Of a stretch of DNA of 64,000 bases, positions 32,501 to 45,743 are shown piece by piece (the first letter of the stretch is position 1; each line of letters begins with the position of its first letter). Source of the DNA: the human T2T-CHM13v2.0 reference genome, Homo sapiens. The stretch lies in the NCBI RefSeq assembly GCF_009914755.1, contig NC_060939.1; one strand, given 5' to 3'. A model generated the notes under the pieces. That model did not search any database, had not been told where the DNA came from, and worked only from the letters and a program-made list of their open reading frames with translations. The position numbers and the translations under genes were made by a program.

Positions 32501-34968
32501 GTAGGATTTATCCCAGGGATGCAAGAATGGTTCAATATGTGCAAATCAATCAATATGATAAACAATAAACAGTATGAAGGAGAATAAGCATATGATCATT
32601 TCAACTGATGCTGAAAAATTTGATAAAGTTCAACATCCATTCATCATAAAAATTCTAAAAAACTGGGTATAGAAGGAACAAACTGCAACATAATAAAAGC
32701 CATATATGACAGACCCACAGATAGAATTTTGCTGAATGGAAAGAAACTGAAAGCCTTTAATATCTGGAGCACAACAAGAATGCCAACTTTTACCACTTCA
32801 TTGACTATAGTACTAGAAGTCCTAGCTAAAGCAGTCAGACAAGAGAAAGAAATAAAAGGCATCCAAATTGGAAAGGAAGAAGTCAAATTATCCTTGTTTG
32901 CAGATGATGTGATCTTGTATTAGGAAAGACCTAAAAACTCCACCAAAACACTATTAGAACTGATAAACAAATTTAGTAAAGTTGCAGGATACAAAATCAA
33001 CATATAAAAGTCAGTAGCATCTCCATATGTCAACAGTGAACTGTCTGAAAAACAAATCAAGAAAGTAATCCCATTTACAATAGCTACAAATAAAATTAAA
33101 TACCTAGGAATTAACCAAAAAAGTGAAAATCACTACAATGAAAACTATAAAACATTGACGAAAGAAACTAAAGAAGACACAAAGAAACGGAAAGATATTC
33201 CATGTTCATTAGCTGAAACAGTCATTGTTAAAATGTTATACTACCAAAAGCAATCTACAGATTCAATCTCTATCAAAATACCAATGCCATTCTTCACAGA
33301 AATAGAAAAAACAATCCTAAAATTGATATAACCAAATGACCCAGAATACCCAGAGCTATCCTGAACAAATAAACCAAAACTGGATAAATCACATTACCTG
33401 ACTTTAAACTACACTATAAAGCTATGGTAACCAAAACAACATGGTACTGGCATAAAAAACAGACCCATAGGTCAATGGAACAGAATAGAGAACCCAGAAG
33501 CAAATCCGTACATCAACCGTGAGCTCATTTTCTACAAAAGTGCCAAGAACATACATTGGGGAAAGAACAGTCTCTTCAATAAATGGTGCTGGGAAAACTG
33601 GATATCCATATGCAGAAGAATGAAACAAGACCCCTATCTCTTGGCATATACAAAAATCAAATTAAAATGTATTAAAGGCTTAAATCTAAGACCTCAAAAA
33701 ATTAAACTACTAAAAGGAAACATTGGGGGAAACTCTCTTAGATATTGGTCTGGGTAAAGATTTCTTGAGCAACACTCCACAAACACAGGTCACCAAAGCA
33801 AAAACGGACAAGTGGGATCACATCCAGTTAAAAAGCTGCTGCACATCCAAGGAAAAACAATCAATGTGAAGATCAAACCCACAGAATGGGAGAAAATATT
33901 TGCAAACTGCCCATCTGACAAGGGATTAATAACCAGGAAACAACTCTATAGGAAAAAACCCTAATAATCTAATTTAAAAATGGGCAAAGGATCTGAATAG
34001 AGATTTCTCAAAAGACAATACAAATAGCAAACAGATACATAAAAAGGTGCTCAAACACCATTGATCATCAGAGAAATGTTCCTCAAAGCTACAATGAGGT
34101 ATCATCTCACCCCATTTAAAATGGCTTTTATCCAAACACAGACAATAGCAAATGCTGGTGAGGAAGAGGAGAAAAGGGAACTCTCATACTCTGTCAGTGG
34201 GAATGTGAATTAGTACAACCACTATGGAAAACAGTTTGGAGATTCCCCCAAAAACTAAATGTAGAGCTACTTTACGATCTTGCAACCTCATTGCTAGATG
34301 TAGACCCGAAAGAAAAAATAGCAGTATAACAAAGAGTTATCTGCATTCTCATGTTTGTTTTAGCTTTGTTCACAATAGCCAAGATTTGGAAACAACCTAA
34401 GTTTCCATCAATAGATGAATGAATAATGAAAATGTGGCACATACATATACAATAGAGTACTATTCAGCCATAAAAAAAATCAGATCATTTGCAACAACAT
34501 GGACGGAAATGGGGATTATTGTGTTAAGTGAAATAAGCTAGGCACAGATAGACAAACTTCCCATATTCTCACTTACTTGTGGGAACTGAAAATTAAAACG
34601 ATCGAATCATGCAGATAAAGAGTAGAATGATGGTTACCAAAAACTGAGAAGGATGGTGGAGGTGTGGGATGTGGAAAAATGGGGATAGTTATGGGTACAA
34701 AAAGATATAAAGAATAAATAATATTTAGTATTTGATAGCACAACAGGGTGAATATAGTCAATAATGATTCAATTGTCATTTAAAAATAACCAAAAGAATA
34801 TAATTGGATTGTTTGTAACACAAAGGATAAATGCTTGAGGGGACGAATACCCCATTTACCATGATGCGATTATTATGTATTGTATGCCTGTACCCAAATA
34901 TCTCATACTCTATAAATGTATACACCTACTCTGTACCCACAGAAATAAAAAATAACAAAACAAAAAAC
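32501..34968 (+). mobile_element. 5'-truncated L1MA1/2-like element (RT through poly(A))
   Basis: ORF 32729-32923 ([17 protein letters not shown]), an L1MA-type 3' UTR, and an A-rich tail at about 34943-34968. Confidence 0.9.
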
Positions 34969-35206
34969 ATTGTTTAGCAAGCCCAGCTAAGGGTCATCTG
35001 ACTCTCTAGCAAATGTGATTTTGTTTAACTTACTATATATGAATTATGGAATCTCAGACATTGTATAATTACATATAGCTAGATGTTATAGAAAACTGCT
35101 ACATTGTATCTTTTTAGTGTGGTAGAAAAGATAATCCCAAAGATTAAGGTCGTATTGCCCCTTTTTAGAGCTGTATGAAAAAATATGAATATTTTTGTTA
35201 TGTTGA

Positions 35207-35271
35207 TATTTTTAACTTTTAAGTTCAGAGGTACACGTGCAGGTTTGTTATATAGGTAAATCTGTGTCATG
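35207..35271 (-). mobile_element. Very short L1PA 3' terminus
   Basis: tttttaacttttaagttcagaggtacacgtgcaggtttgttatataggtaaa. Confidence 0.75.
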
Positions 35272-35849
35272 AGACATTAACTGGATTACATCAAATTTAA
35301 CAATTTTATTTTAGTGTTCATTTTTTTGCTGTGATTATGTAAAATCACACTTTTCATATTCTTTTTGGAACAGACTTTGTTATCCTGCTATCCCTCATTA
35401 ATTAAATACAGTTTTTGATGTGTTCATTATGTATTTGTTTGAGAATTATGTTTTATGATATTTAAAAATTAGACTGACAGTCTATAAAAAATTAAATTAC
35501 TAATGACAACAGCTGTTTTTTCTGGATACGATCTATGAATAAATGCCAGTAGGTAAGCTGCTTGAGGTTTCAAGAAATCAGGTGTTGTATCAAGACACTC
35601 TATATTACCTTAAAGGATAAATACCAAGCTATCCCTGGAATTATCTCAGAGATAAATACCTTAGGTTGGTATTTATCCTTCAGCTTCTGCTACTTCAAGG
35701 AGCATGATTGAGATAAAAACCAGTGAGAATCTTCTTCAGATACAGACTGAGGCATTGAAAATGGATGGCATATACAAACAAATCAATGACAAATTACAAA
35801 TAAATCAATCCAAAGTAAGTAAAATAAGTGGGTTCTGTTATGCAACAGG

Positions 35850-36012
35850 TCTAATTGCTTCAGAGCCTGCAGGTCCCAAGGTCAACTTCCTAGCAAGAAC
35901 TAAATTTAACAGAACTCAAACAGCAGCAGCCTAGGGAATCCCAGGGCTCATTAAGCTAAGTAGTGTTGTAAGAACCATAGCAACCTCAGATACAGCTAGA
36001 GTCCTAGGGATA
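35850..36012. promoter_or_regulatory. Candidate OR promoter or enhancer with clustered homeodomain and O/E (Ebf)-like sites
   Basis: CTAATTG at about 35851. The - strand reads TTAATGAG-CCCTGGGA-TTCCCTAGG at 35930-35954 and ATCCCTAGGA at about 36002-36011. The site is 4 kb upstream of the OR4Q ATG. Confidence 0.45.
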
Positions 36013-39000
36013 GGAGATATTTCCAGTTCATACAGCCAGCCGTCAACTAGGGCTTGGCTTATAAGGAAGCAATTAAGACATGTGCTGGGCAGCTGTGATG
36101 GTCACCTGAGGATTGTCCATTTTGCTGGCCTGAGGCTGAAGAGAGGGTTGGTAGGATGAATGGCAGGATAACATCTTCCTTCCTTGAAACCACATAGCTT
36201 CTGACAAGCAAAGATGTAGGTTTCTCAGATATATTTACTCAAAGCTCCCCTCCCCTTCCTGCTCCTCTCTCTGACTCTGATGCTATTTTTATGTTTACTG
36301 TTGTCCTCACTCTTTTTCTCTATATACTCTGGCATTGATCATTTTTAAATTTAAGAGATCATTTGAGTTTTGTTGTTTTAAATTTACACTTAGAAACATT
36401 CACAGAACAGTGAAATTCCTATAGCATCAAGGAATTCTAGGGCTAGTGGCATCTTAGAAGACAGTTGCAATATTTGGATACGATAGGACCAAATTTACAT
36501 AACTGAAGGCACAGGTTTCATGGCAATATTGTCTTAAGACTACCTAATTCTGTTATAGTCCCTTCTAGATTCTGTTTTCCATTTCTTTAATTATTAAAGT
36601 TTCTTTTTACTAAAATCTTCTTTACGTTCCACAGGTACAATATAGAATGCAATGTTTCAAACAAGGCCAAAGAAGTTTAGAACAGAAAGATTGTTTCTTT
36701 CTCAATAGAGAATACCACTATAGGTACCATCTTCAACTAATGGTGTCCACTTCTTGGTTTTCAGGAGAAATTTAAAAATGCATCAAATGCGTCTAAAAGG
36801 AATTCATATGGAATTGAAACTCCAGCTAGCCAATTATTTTCTATTGTTGAGATAGTCAAATTTCCTCCTCTAATAATGCATTTAGCTCCACACAGACCAA
36901 AATAAATACAAGACAAACATAATAGCAAAATATGGTATACTGTTATGCTTAAAACACACACATGCACAAGTTACCAGGAGAAAAATTTTACCCCTTTTCT
37001 TCATATTTTCCTCATAAACATCTCTGGTTCGTTGTTTAGAAAGACAAGAGACCAGCTGCTCAGCTGTACACAAGTAGCCTTTGATTATTTAAGGTGCTTT
37101 AGTTTGTCCTCTTCTCTCTAAGCAGGACCCTTCCATAAAGACTTTCATTTTGCATTAAGCATTCTCAATTTTTTTGGCTCATTTTGTGTACTTAAAAATA
37201 TTTTTATTGACTTTTTCACATTCTTAGGTTATTTTTAGGATATGAAACATGAAATGCTTGGTAGGGTCTGATCTTACTGCTAATGGGATAATGGAGCTGG
37301 TATTTTTGAATGTGGCTTTCCAAGCTCTGCAGGGCTTTGGCAAGGGAAATTATATTGTGACTGGGGTTAGTTTTGGGATGTAGACATTCGTTCATGTTGT
37401 TGGGTGTATTGTTCTTTTTATTCTTTGCAGAACAGTGACAGGCTTAATTTCCTACTGTGATCAGACTTCAGAAGCTGGGAGATGACTCAACCAAATGTGG
37501 AAATGTTATTAAACCTAAAAGGGAGCTTTCTATATTGTTTAGTATTATGTTTTACATTGTCTGAAGATTGCAAATTTACTGTCATTAAAAAAAAAATCCA
37601 AGAATAACCAGAATCCAGCCCTTACCTTGATTAAAACTCAAATAACTAACATACAGGGCTGCCTATTTTTAACTTATGCAAGTGTAAAGATTTTTATATC
37701 ATTATTAATCAAAATCTTATCACAGTAATCACCTAGGAACTGTCCAGAATATTTATAGTGCTGAAATTTCCTAATATTAAATCTTACTTTAAACAAGTAG
37801 GCCATAAAATCAGGCTTATAAATGGTTTGTAGTAATTTGGGTTATAACATATTTTACATATTCTTCTCTTATTTAATCTATCCTTCTGATTTATTTAATT
37901 TTAATATTGTCTGTTTTAATGTAATCTTTTCTTTCCCAACATATGTTCAGTGGAAATAACAAGTGTACCGTACACCCTTGGTATACTATGCCCTTCACAT
38001 TAGGAAATAATCACATTGTTTCTCAGCCATATTCTGAGACTAAATTATAACAGTGTGTAGGATTATGTGTTCCCATTGTTTTCTGGCTTCTAGAAACCTT
38101 TTTTAATTAAAAAAATAACTTTGGTTTCTCTTTCTCAGACTTTTCCAGTTTTCCCAAGATTATTTTAAAAATTAGATGCATAATTTTAATGAGACTTGAC
38201 CCCTGTTAATTATACATTTTAGATAACTGAAAAGAACATCAAAATGATGTTTTCTTATGGAACTTTACAATCCTTGGTGCATCCAAAAAAGATTAGAGAA
38301 TTTCCAATATAGCAGAGCTCAAGTAGGGCTGTACACATAACAGCAAATCGTTCCCTAACTTGTATTTCTTGCTTTGGTTTATTTTCCAATTGACTCTAGA
38401 AAGTGAGGTGATTCCTTCTATCAGTTATGAGATTATAGATTTAGATGCACCTGTGCACTTGGCTATATAGGCAGATGAAGAGGATGGTCACAATCATGGT
38501 GTGACAGAGGCGTCCAAATGTGACTTGAGCCCCAAATCTCTCTCTCACTGGCTTATCTTGGAATAATACCCTAGAGAAAGTTTTCTTGTCATTAGAGGTT
38601 TTCATTTTTAGAATTTAAGTACTTTTCTGCATTGTCTATGTAAATACCTGATATCTATTATGAAGGATTTTATTGGATAACATTCTCTGAATGACTTGAT
38701 AGAACCAAGTGCAACATGGATTACAAAGCTTGGAACACAAAATAAAATCTTGTCTTATTTCATATTTTGTCTATAGCTGGTTCTAGATAAAAAAAAAATT
38801 CTAGACAGGGAGACATCTACTAATTTTTAACTACTGCAATGGAAGAAATGTATCAACATTCTCTGATTTTCTGTTTGTAATCCAAGGTACTGTCACCAAA
38901 CATTGGGGATGAATATGAGTGTAGAGCAGGGGAAAATGGATCTAACAATATCTTAGCAAATCTTTTATTTTCTTATGTATCTATGGTTGTTGAAAAGTCC

Positions 39001-39969
39001 AGAAGCAACACAACTCTGGTTTCTCTTATTACTTTGTCCTGTAAAAGGGTCATGGTGGGCTTTTGTGCATGCCTCCACGATATGGGTCATGGCTCTTGGT
39101 CTCTTGTCTTGGTGATTGGTGTCTTTTAATCATTGTCCTACTCATCCCCAGTCTGATGCTTCCCTAAGTCTTAAAGATTGAGACTGTTTCTTCTTACCTC
39201 ATTTTTACAAACTTCCCAATTTCTGTAACCTGGGATAGTAAAGACAAAAAATATGAGCTTTTTCAATCCTTCCTAAATGATTTGTTTCCTAATATATTTA
39301 TTCACAGTAACTACTAAACTTTGTACAACATAGCAATTTGTTGTTTACAAAACATTCTTCCTTCGATTTGATAAATTATTGAGCTTCTGCTATGCAGTAA
39401 ATATTGTGTTGTGGATACAAAGATGAGTAAGATATTTCCTCATCTTGAGAGATCTAGTTTTTTTTTATGGTGCACATAGGCATTACATTTGATTCTCAGA
39501 ACAATCTTGGGCGATATTATTAACTCTGCATTAAATTGAATAACCAAAGAACAAAATTCAGAGAGGTTTATTTCCTTGCCTGAGAGTACTCCATTGGTAA
39601 TGGTGGAGCTAGGCATTCGATCTAGATACTCCATTCCAGAACTTTTGTCCTTAGAGGACATTATTCTGTCTATTAAAAGAAATGGAAAGATTAGCACTTA
39701 CCACCTCATGTCCAGGTCATTGTGTTTCTTTCTAGTTTATTGTGAATGCAATTTAAAAGTAGTACAGGAATAAAGAGTTGGAAGAAGTGAACAAAATTCA
39801 ATGTTCTATCAATATAAGACTACTGCCTATACTACCTCATAGAATTTGCTAAAATAATTTTTATGTAATTTATGTATTACATACTATATATATAGTGTAT
39901 ATCTATATCTATCTATATAGATAGATAGATACGTAGATAGATTGATACCTTAAGTCTCCCTTGTTCTGA

Positions 39970-39989
39970 TTTAATTCTTCTTTCTCTAG
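39970..39989 (+). promoter_or_regulatory. Putative splice acceptor of the OR4Q coding exon
   Basis: ttcttctttctctAG|gtcact, 22 nt before the ATG at 40012. Confidence 0.65.
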
Positions 39990-40011
39990 GTCACTTGATA
40001 TTCTTGGCTTG

Positions 40012-40953
40012 ATGAAAAAAAACAAGATTCTAACGTGACAGAACTTGTTCTTCTGGGCCTATCATCTTCTTGGGAGCTGCAGCTATTTCTCTTATTACTA
40101 TTTTTGTTTTTTTACATTGCTATTGTCCTGGGAAACCTCTTGATAGTGGTAACAGTGCAAGCCCATGCTCATCTGCTCCAATCTCCTATGTATTATTTTT
40201 TAGGTCATCTCTCTTTCATTGACCTATGCCTAAGCTGTGTTACTCTGCCAAAGATGTTAGGGGATTTCCTACAGCAGGGCAAGAGCATCTCTTTTTCAGG
40301 ATGCCTGGCCCAGATCTACTTCCTCCACTTTCTAGGAGCCAGTGAGATGTTTCTGCTGACAGTTATGGCCTATGACAGGTATGTTGCCATCTGTAACCCT
40401 TTGCGCTACCTTATAAGTCATGAACCCCCAGCTATGCCTTTGGTTGGTTCTTGCCTGCTGTTGTGGGGGTTTTATCCACTCTATCATGCAGGTCATACTA
40501 GTCATCCAGCTGCCTTTCTGTGGCCCCAATGAACTGGACAACTTCTACTGTGATGTCCCACAGGTCATCAAGCTGGCCTGCATGGACACCTATGTGGTAG
40601 AGGTGCTGATGATAGCCAACAGTGGTCTGCTCTCTCTTGTCTGCTTCTTGGTCTTACTATTCTCTTATGCTGTCATCCTGATCACCCTGAGAACACACTT
40701 CGGCCAGGGCCAGAACAAGTTCCTCTCTACCTGTGCTTCTCACCTGACAGTGGTCAGCCTGATCTTCATGCCATGTATATTCATCTATTTGAGGCCTTTC
40801 TGCAGCTTCTCTGTGGATAAGATATTCTCCATGTTTTACACAGTGATGACACCTATGTTGAGCCCCCTCATCTACACACTCAGAAATGCTGATATGAAGA
40901 CAGCTATGAAGAAGCTGAGGATAAAACCATGTGACATTCCATTTCCTTGTTAA
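40012..40953 (+). pseudogene. OR4Q1P: Olfactory receptor 4Q pseudogene (OR4Q3 paralog) with two frameshifts
   Basis: ATG+A8+CAAGATTCT (-1) gives MKKNKILT*. The body reads QSPMYYFLGHLS and MAYDRYVAICNPLRY. There is a +1 at about 40414. ORF 40420-40953 carries STCASHL and [12 protein letters not shown]. Closely similar to OR4Q3 as recalled. Confidence 0.9.
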
Positions 40954-41914
40954 AGAATGAGCAGAAGAGGTGATTTGAAAAACATACTCTTTCTTGGAAG
41001 ACTCTTAACTCATCTTGTACATGTCTAAAAACCATTTTGATGACTTTGGTATAAAAAAGAAGATAGCCTAAAGATTATAATAGATCACTCTTGATTACAA
41101 TTTAAAAGCACAGGTGGCACTCTGGAAAGCCACCTATGCCTTTTGACCATAATCAAGAGAACTCGGGAACTCAGTAGAATTTACTGGCCACAAATGATAA
41201 CAAGCATTAATTGAAAGATCAACTTTTCTATCTTTATGTTCTAAGTACTCTTCATTTATTCAATTTGTTCCACTTTTTAATCTATTCAAATGAAACAAGA
41301 TATATCTCTTTTTGTGTTCCATTCCTCCAGCATTTAATGATTCCTAGTGTTAGGAAGTTCCTTCTGATGTCTCATCAGATCCTCTTCTGAAGTAGTGTGA
41401 ATTTCTTTGTTCTGTTATAACAAAGCCTGAGAACAGTAACAACCACCTATGTAGTAGTATTTACCTCAGAACTGTGTTCCACAGTGTCCCAAGTTTTAGA
41501 AATGTAGTCAGGCATCACTCTAATGAACATATGCTCTTAACAAAGTTTATATGTGAGAGAAAGGAAGTCCAGGAGTGCATGGGTGATGGAAGCTGTTAGT
41601 ATTCTGTTGTAGAGGCTTCTCAAGAAGAGGTACCCAGTTTCACATTGAGTTTTTCTTTGAGTGGAATTACAGTGAGGGTGAATAGGTAAGCTGGCTCTTC
41701 AACTGACCATAATGTTTAAGAGTTTTAGCCTCGAAAGGAGGAAGAAATGAACTGTGGTTGAAAGCACTCATTCTTGAGATGCTCACAGTTATTACCTCTG
41801 AGTCTCAAACATGTTTGAGGAATAAATTTACCTAACTTCATTTTTGAAAATGAACTTTGAGTTAAGTGACTTGCCCATGACCACTTAGAAAAAATGTAAT
41901 CAATCAAGAAAGCT

Positions 41915-42200
<286 letters not shown>

Positions 42201-42284
42201 AAGAAAGCTAATAATTATATAATTAAGTTAATATTTTATTTCTCCTCAGAAAGTGTATTTATCCCAATTATACAGATTGCTTCT

Positions 42285-42653
<369 letters not shown>

Positions 42654-43582
42654 AGATTACTTAATTTCTATAATACCTGTATAGGAGCTTCAGAGCTGGA
42701 AGATCCCTAAAAAGGTTAACTTAAACATTTATATTTAAGATTATCTATCTCTGACATAGGATCCTTGCAATATTTTATGGCTATGAAAAGTCTTTATTCT
42801 ATTTACTATATAATAAGATAATGACAAATTTTTATAATGTTTTTTATATTTTGTCACTTTATCTCCTAATGAATTGCCATAGAGAGGTATTTATGATTAC
42901 TTAGCTGAAAAATATACTTGTGAAAAAAAGTCTGAAACTCCATCTAATACTAGGATATACTGGAAAATGCCAATAACCCTGGTCATGTAAGAGCTTTCTT
43001 GATATAGGGACAAAAAATGTATTTTTATTTTTGTGTTGGGAGTTAATGACTTCATGTTTAAGAAGCCATATGTACGTATGTGTATATGTATATATTGCTA
43101 CAGAAGGACTCCTCACAGACTAGGAACTAGGCTGCCATTTGGGAGATTTCTAAATAGTATGGGTGAGGGTGAGAATGGCATACCTGGAACATCATGTTCT
43201 TCTTTTTTGCTTTACTCTGCTCTACACTTTTAGAGTTTTTTGCATACGTTGAATATCCTGAAGAGCAGTATGATATCCTGAAGGTAATATTTTGAATATC
43301 CTGAAGTGCAGGAAACTGCCCGAGAGTAGTGTGTGAGTTACCAGAAAGATTTGAGTGGTGCTAGGGATTACCAGGCATGTTTCAAGAACATAGAGCTCCA
43401 GGCTTTCTCTTAGTATAAGCCGGCTGCAACATCCCCTTTTTCTGATGCTCTCTTTCATAGCAAAATGTATAGTCTTGGCAAATCATTTTAAATGTCCTGT
43501 TGATAGCTGGAATTGGTAGCGTTATTTTAAGAAAAGCAAGAGCGTTTTGTATTCCCTTTTGCATTTTCAAGTCTCTCTTTGT

Positions 43583-44346
43583 TTCCAGGAACAAAGCCTA
43601 CTTGATCGTGGTGAATTAACTTACTGATGTGCCGCTGAATTTGGTTTGCTAGTATTGTGTTGAGGATTTTTGCATCTATGTTCATCAGGATATTGGCCTG
43701 ATGTTTTCTTTCTTTGTTTTGTTTCTGCCAGATTTTGGTATTAGGCTGATGCTAGCTTCATAGAATGAGTTAGGGGGGAGCCCTTCCTTTTTGATTTTTT
43801 TGGGAATACTTTCAGTAGGATTGGTACCATTTCTTCTTTATATGTCTGGTAGAATTCAACTGTGAATTCCTCTGGTCCTGGGCTTTTTTTGGTTAGTAGA
43901 GTTTTTTTTTTTTTTATTACTGATTCAATTTCAGAGCTTGATATTGACTTATTAAGGATTACAGTCTCTTCCTAATTCAATCTTAGGAGATTGTGTTGTT
44001 CCAGGGATTTATCCATTTCTTCCAGATTTTCTAATTTGTGTGCATAGAGTTGTTCATAGTATTCTCTGAGGATCTTTTGTATTTCTGTGGGATCAGTTGT
44101 AATGTCATTTTTGTACTTTTTGACTGTACTCATTTGGATCTTCTTTTTTTTTTACTATTTTTTTAATCTAACTAGAAGTCTAACAATCTTATTTTTTCAA
44201 AAGACTAACTCTTGGTTTCATTGACGTTTTGTATAGATTTTTGCACCTCACTTTCATTAAGTTGTTCTCTAATTTTTGTTATTTCTTTTCTTCTGCTAGC
44301 TATGGAGTTGGTTTGTCCTTTATTTTCTAATTCCTTGAGGTGCAAA
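43583..44346 (-). mobile_element. L1 ORF2 segment (inverted 5' part)
   Basis: aagcctacttgatcgtggtg...tttgctagtattgtgttgaggatttttgcatc...tccttgaggtgcaa. Confidence 0.85.
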
Positions 44347-45743
44347 GTGCAGGAGGATGAAGCTAGACCCTTGCTTTTCAGCATGTAAGAAAATTAACAG
44401 GATAGATTAAAGATTTAAATGTAAGGCCACAAACTATGAAAATCCTAGACCAAAATCTAGGAGATATTTTTCTTGACATTGGCCTTGGGAAAAAAATTAG
44501 CTAAGTCCCCCCAAAGAAATTGCAACAAAACCAAAAATTGACAAGTGGGACCTGGGTAAACGAAAGTGCTTCTGTACAGAAAAAGAAACTATCAAGAGGG
44601 GAAACAGACAACTTACCGAATGGGAGAAAATATTTGCAAACTATGCATCTGACAAAGGTCTAATATCCCAAATGTAAATAGAACTTAAACAATACAACAG
44701 ACAAAAAACAAATAGCCCTGTTAATAATGGGAAAAGGACACGAATAGATCCTTCTCAATAAAAAGACATGCAAGGAGCCAACAAATATACAAAAAAATGC
44801 TTATCACTAATCATCAGAGAAATTCATACCAAAACCACAATAAGATACCATCTCATGCCAATCAGAGTGGCTGTTATGAAAAAGTCAAAAAACAACAGAT
44901 GCTGGTGAGCCTGTAGAAAAAAGGGAGTGCTTGTACAGAGTTGTTGGGAATGTAAATTAGTTCAGCCTCTGTGGGCAAAATTTTGGAGACTTCTCAAATC
45001 ACTTAGAACAAAGCTACTATTTGATCCAGCAATCCTTTTTTTTCCTCTCTCTCTCTCTGTGTGTGTGTGTATATATATATATAAAATATTTTATATATAT
45101 ACAATATTTTATATATATATTTTATATATATATATTTTATATATATAATATTTTATATATATAATATTATATATATATAATATTTTATATATATAATATT
45201 ATATATATATAATATTTTATATATATAATATTATATATATATAATATTTTATATATATATAATAGATTATGCCAAATAGATTATGCCAAAAAGACCAAAA
45301 AGACACACACAGTTGTATGTTCTTTTCAGAACTATTCAGCAAAGACGGAATCAACCTAGGTGCCCATAAATGGTAGACTAGATAAAGAAAATATGGTACA
45401 TACATTATCAGATACTACGCAACCATACAAAAGAATGAAATCATGTCTTTTGCAGCAACATGAATGGAGCTTCAGGCAATAATCTTAAGCAAATTCATGC
45501 AAGAACAGAAATCCAAATACTACATGTTCTCACGTACCAGTGGGAGCTAAACATTAAGCACACATGGACACGTACATGGGAACGGTAGACACTGTGGACT
45601 ACAAAAGGTGTGATGAAGGGTGGGGGATGGGTTGGGAAACTACCTGTTGGGTACTATACTTACTACCTTGGTGCAATAAACCCACGTAACAAACCTGCAC
45701 ATGTACCCTCTGCATCTAAAATAAAAGTTGAAATTAAAAAAAG
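44347..45743 (+). mobile_element. Older L1PA (PA13-16)/L1PB-type 3' segment with poly(A)
   Basis: [11 protein letters not shown] (ORF at 44927); acaaacctgcacatgtaccc...aataaaagttgaaattaaaaaaa. Confidence 0.88.
45044..45288. repeat. (CT)n(GT)n followed by an AT-only minisatellite and a 14-bp tandem duplication
   Basis: Units like atattttatatatata; aatagattatgcca twice at 45261-45288. Confidence 0.92.

Noticed and set aside
35661-35670. ttaggttggt as a MADE1/Hsmar1 terminal repeat
   Set aside because: The match ends after 10 nt and the rest of the TIR is absent.
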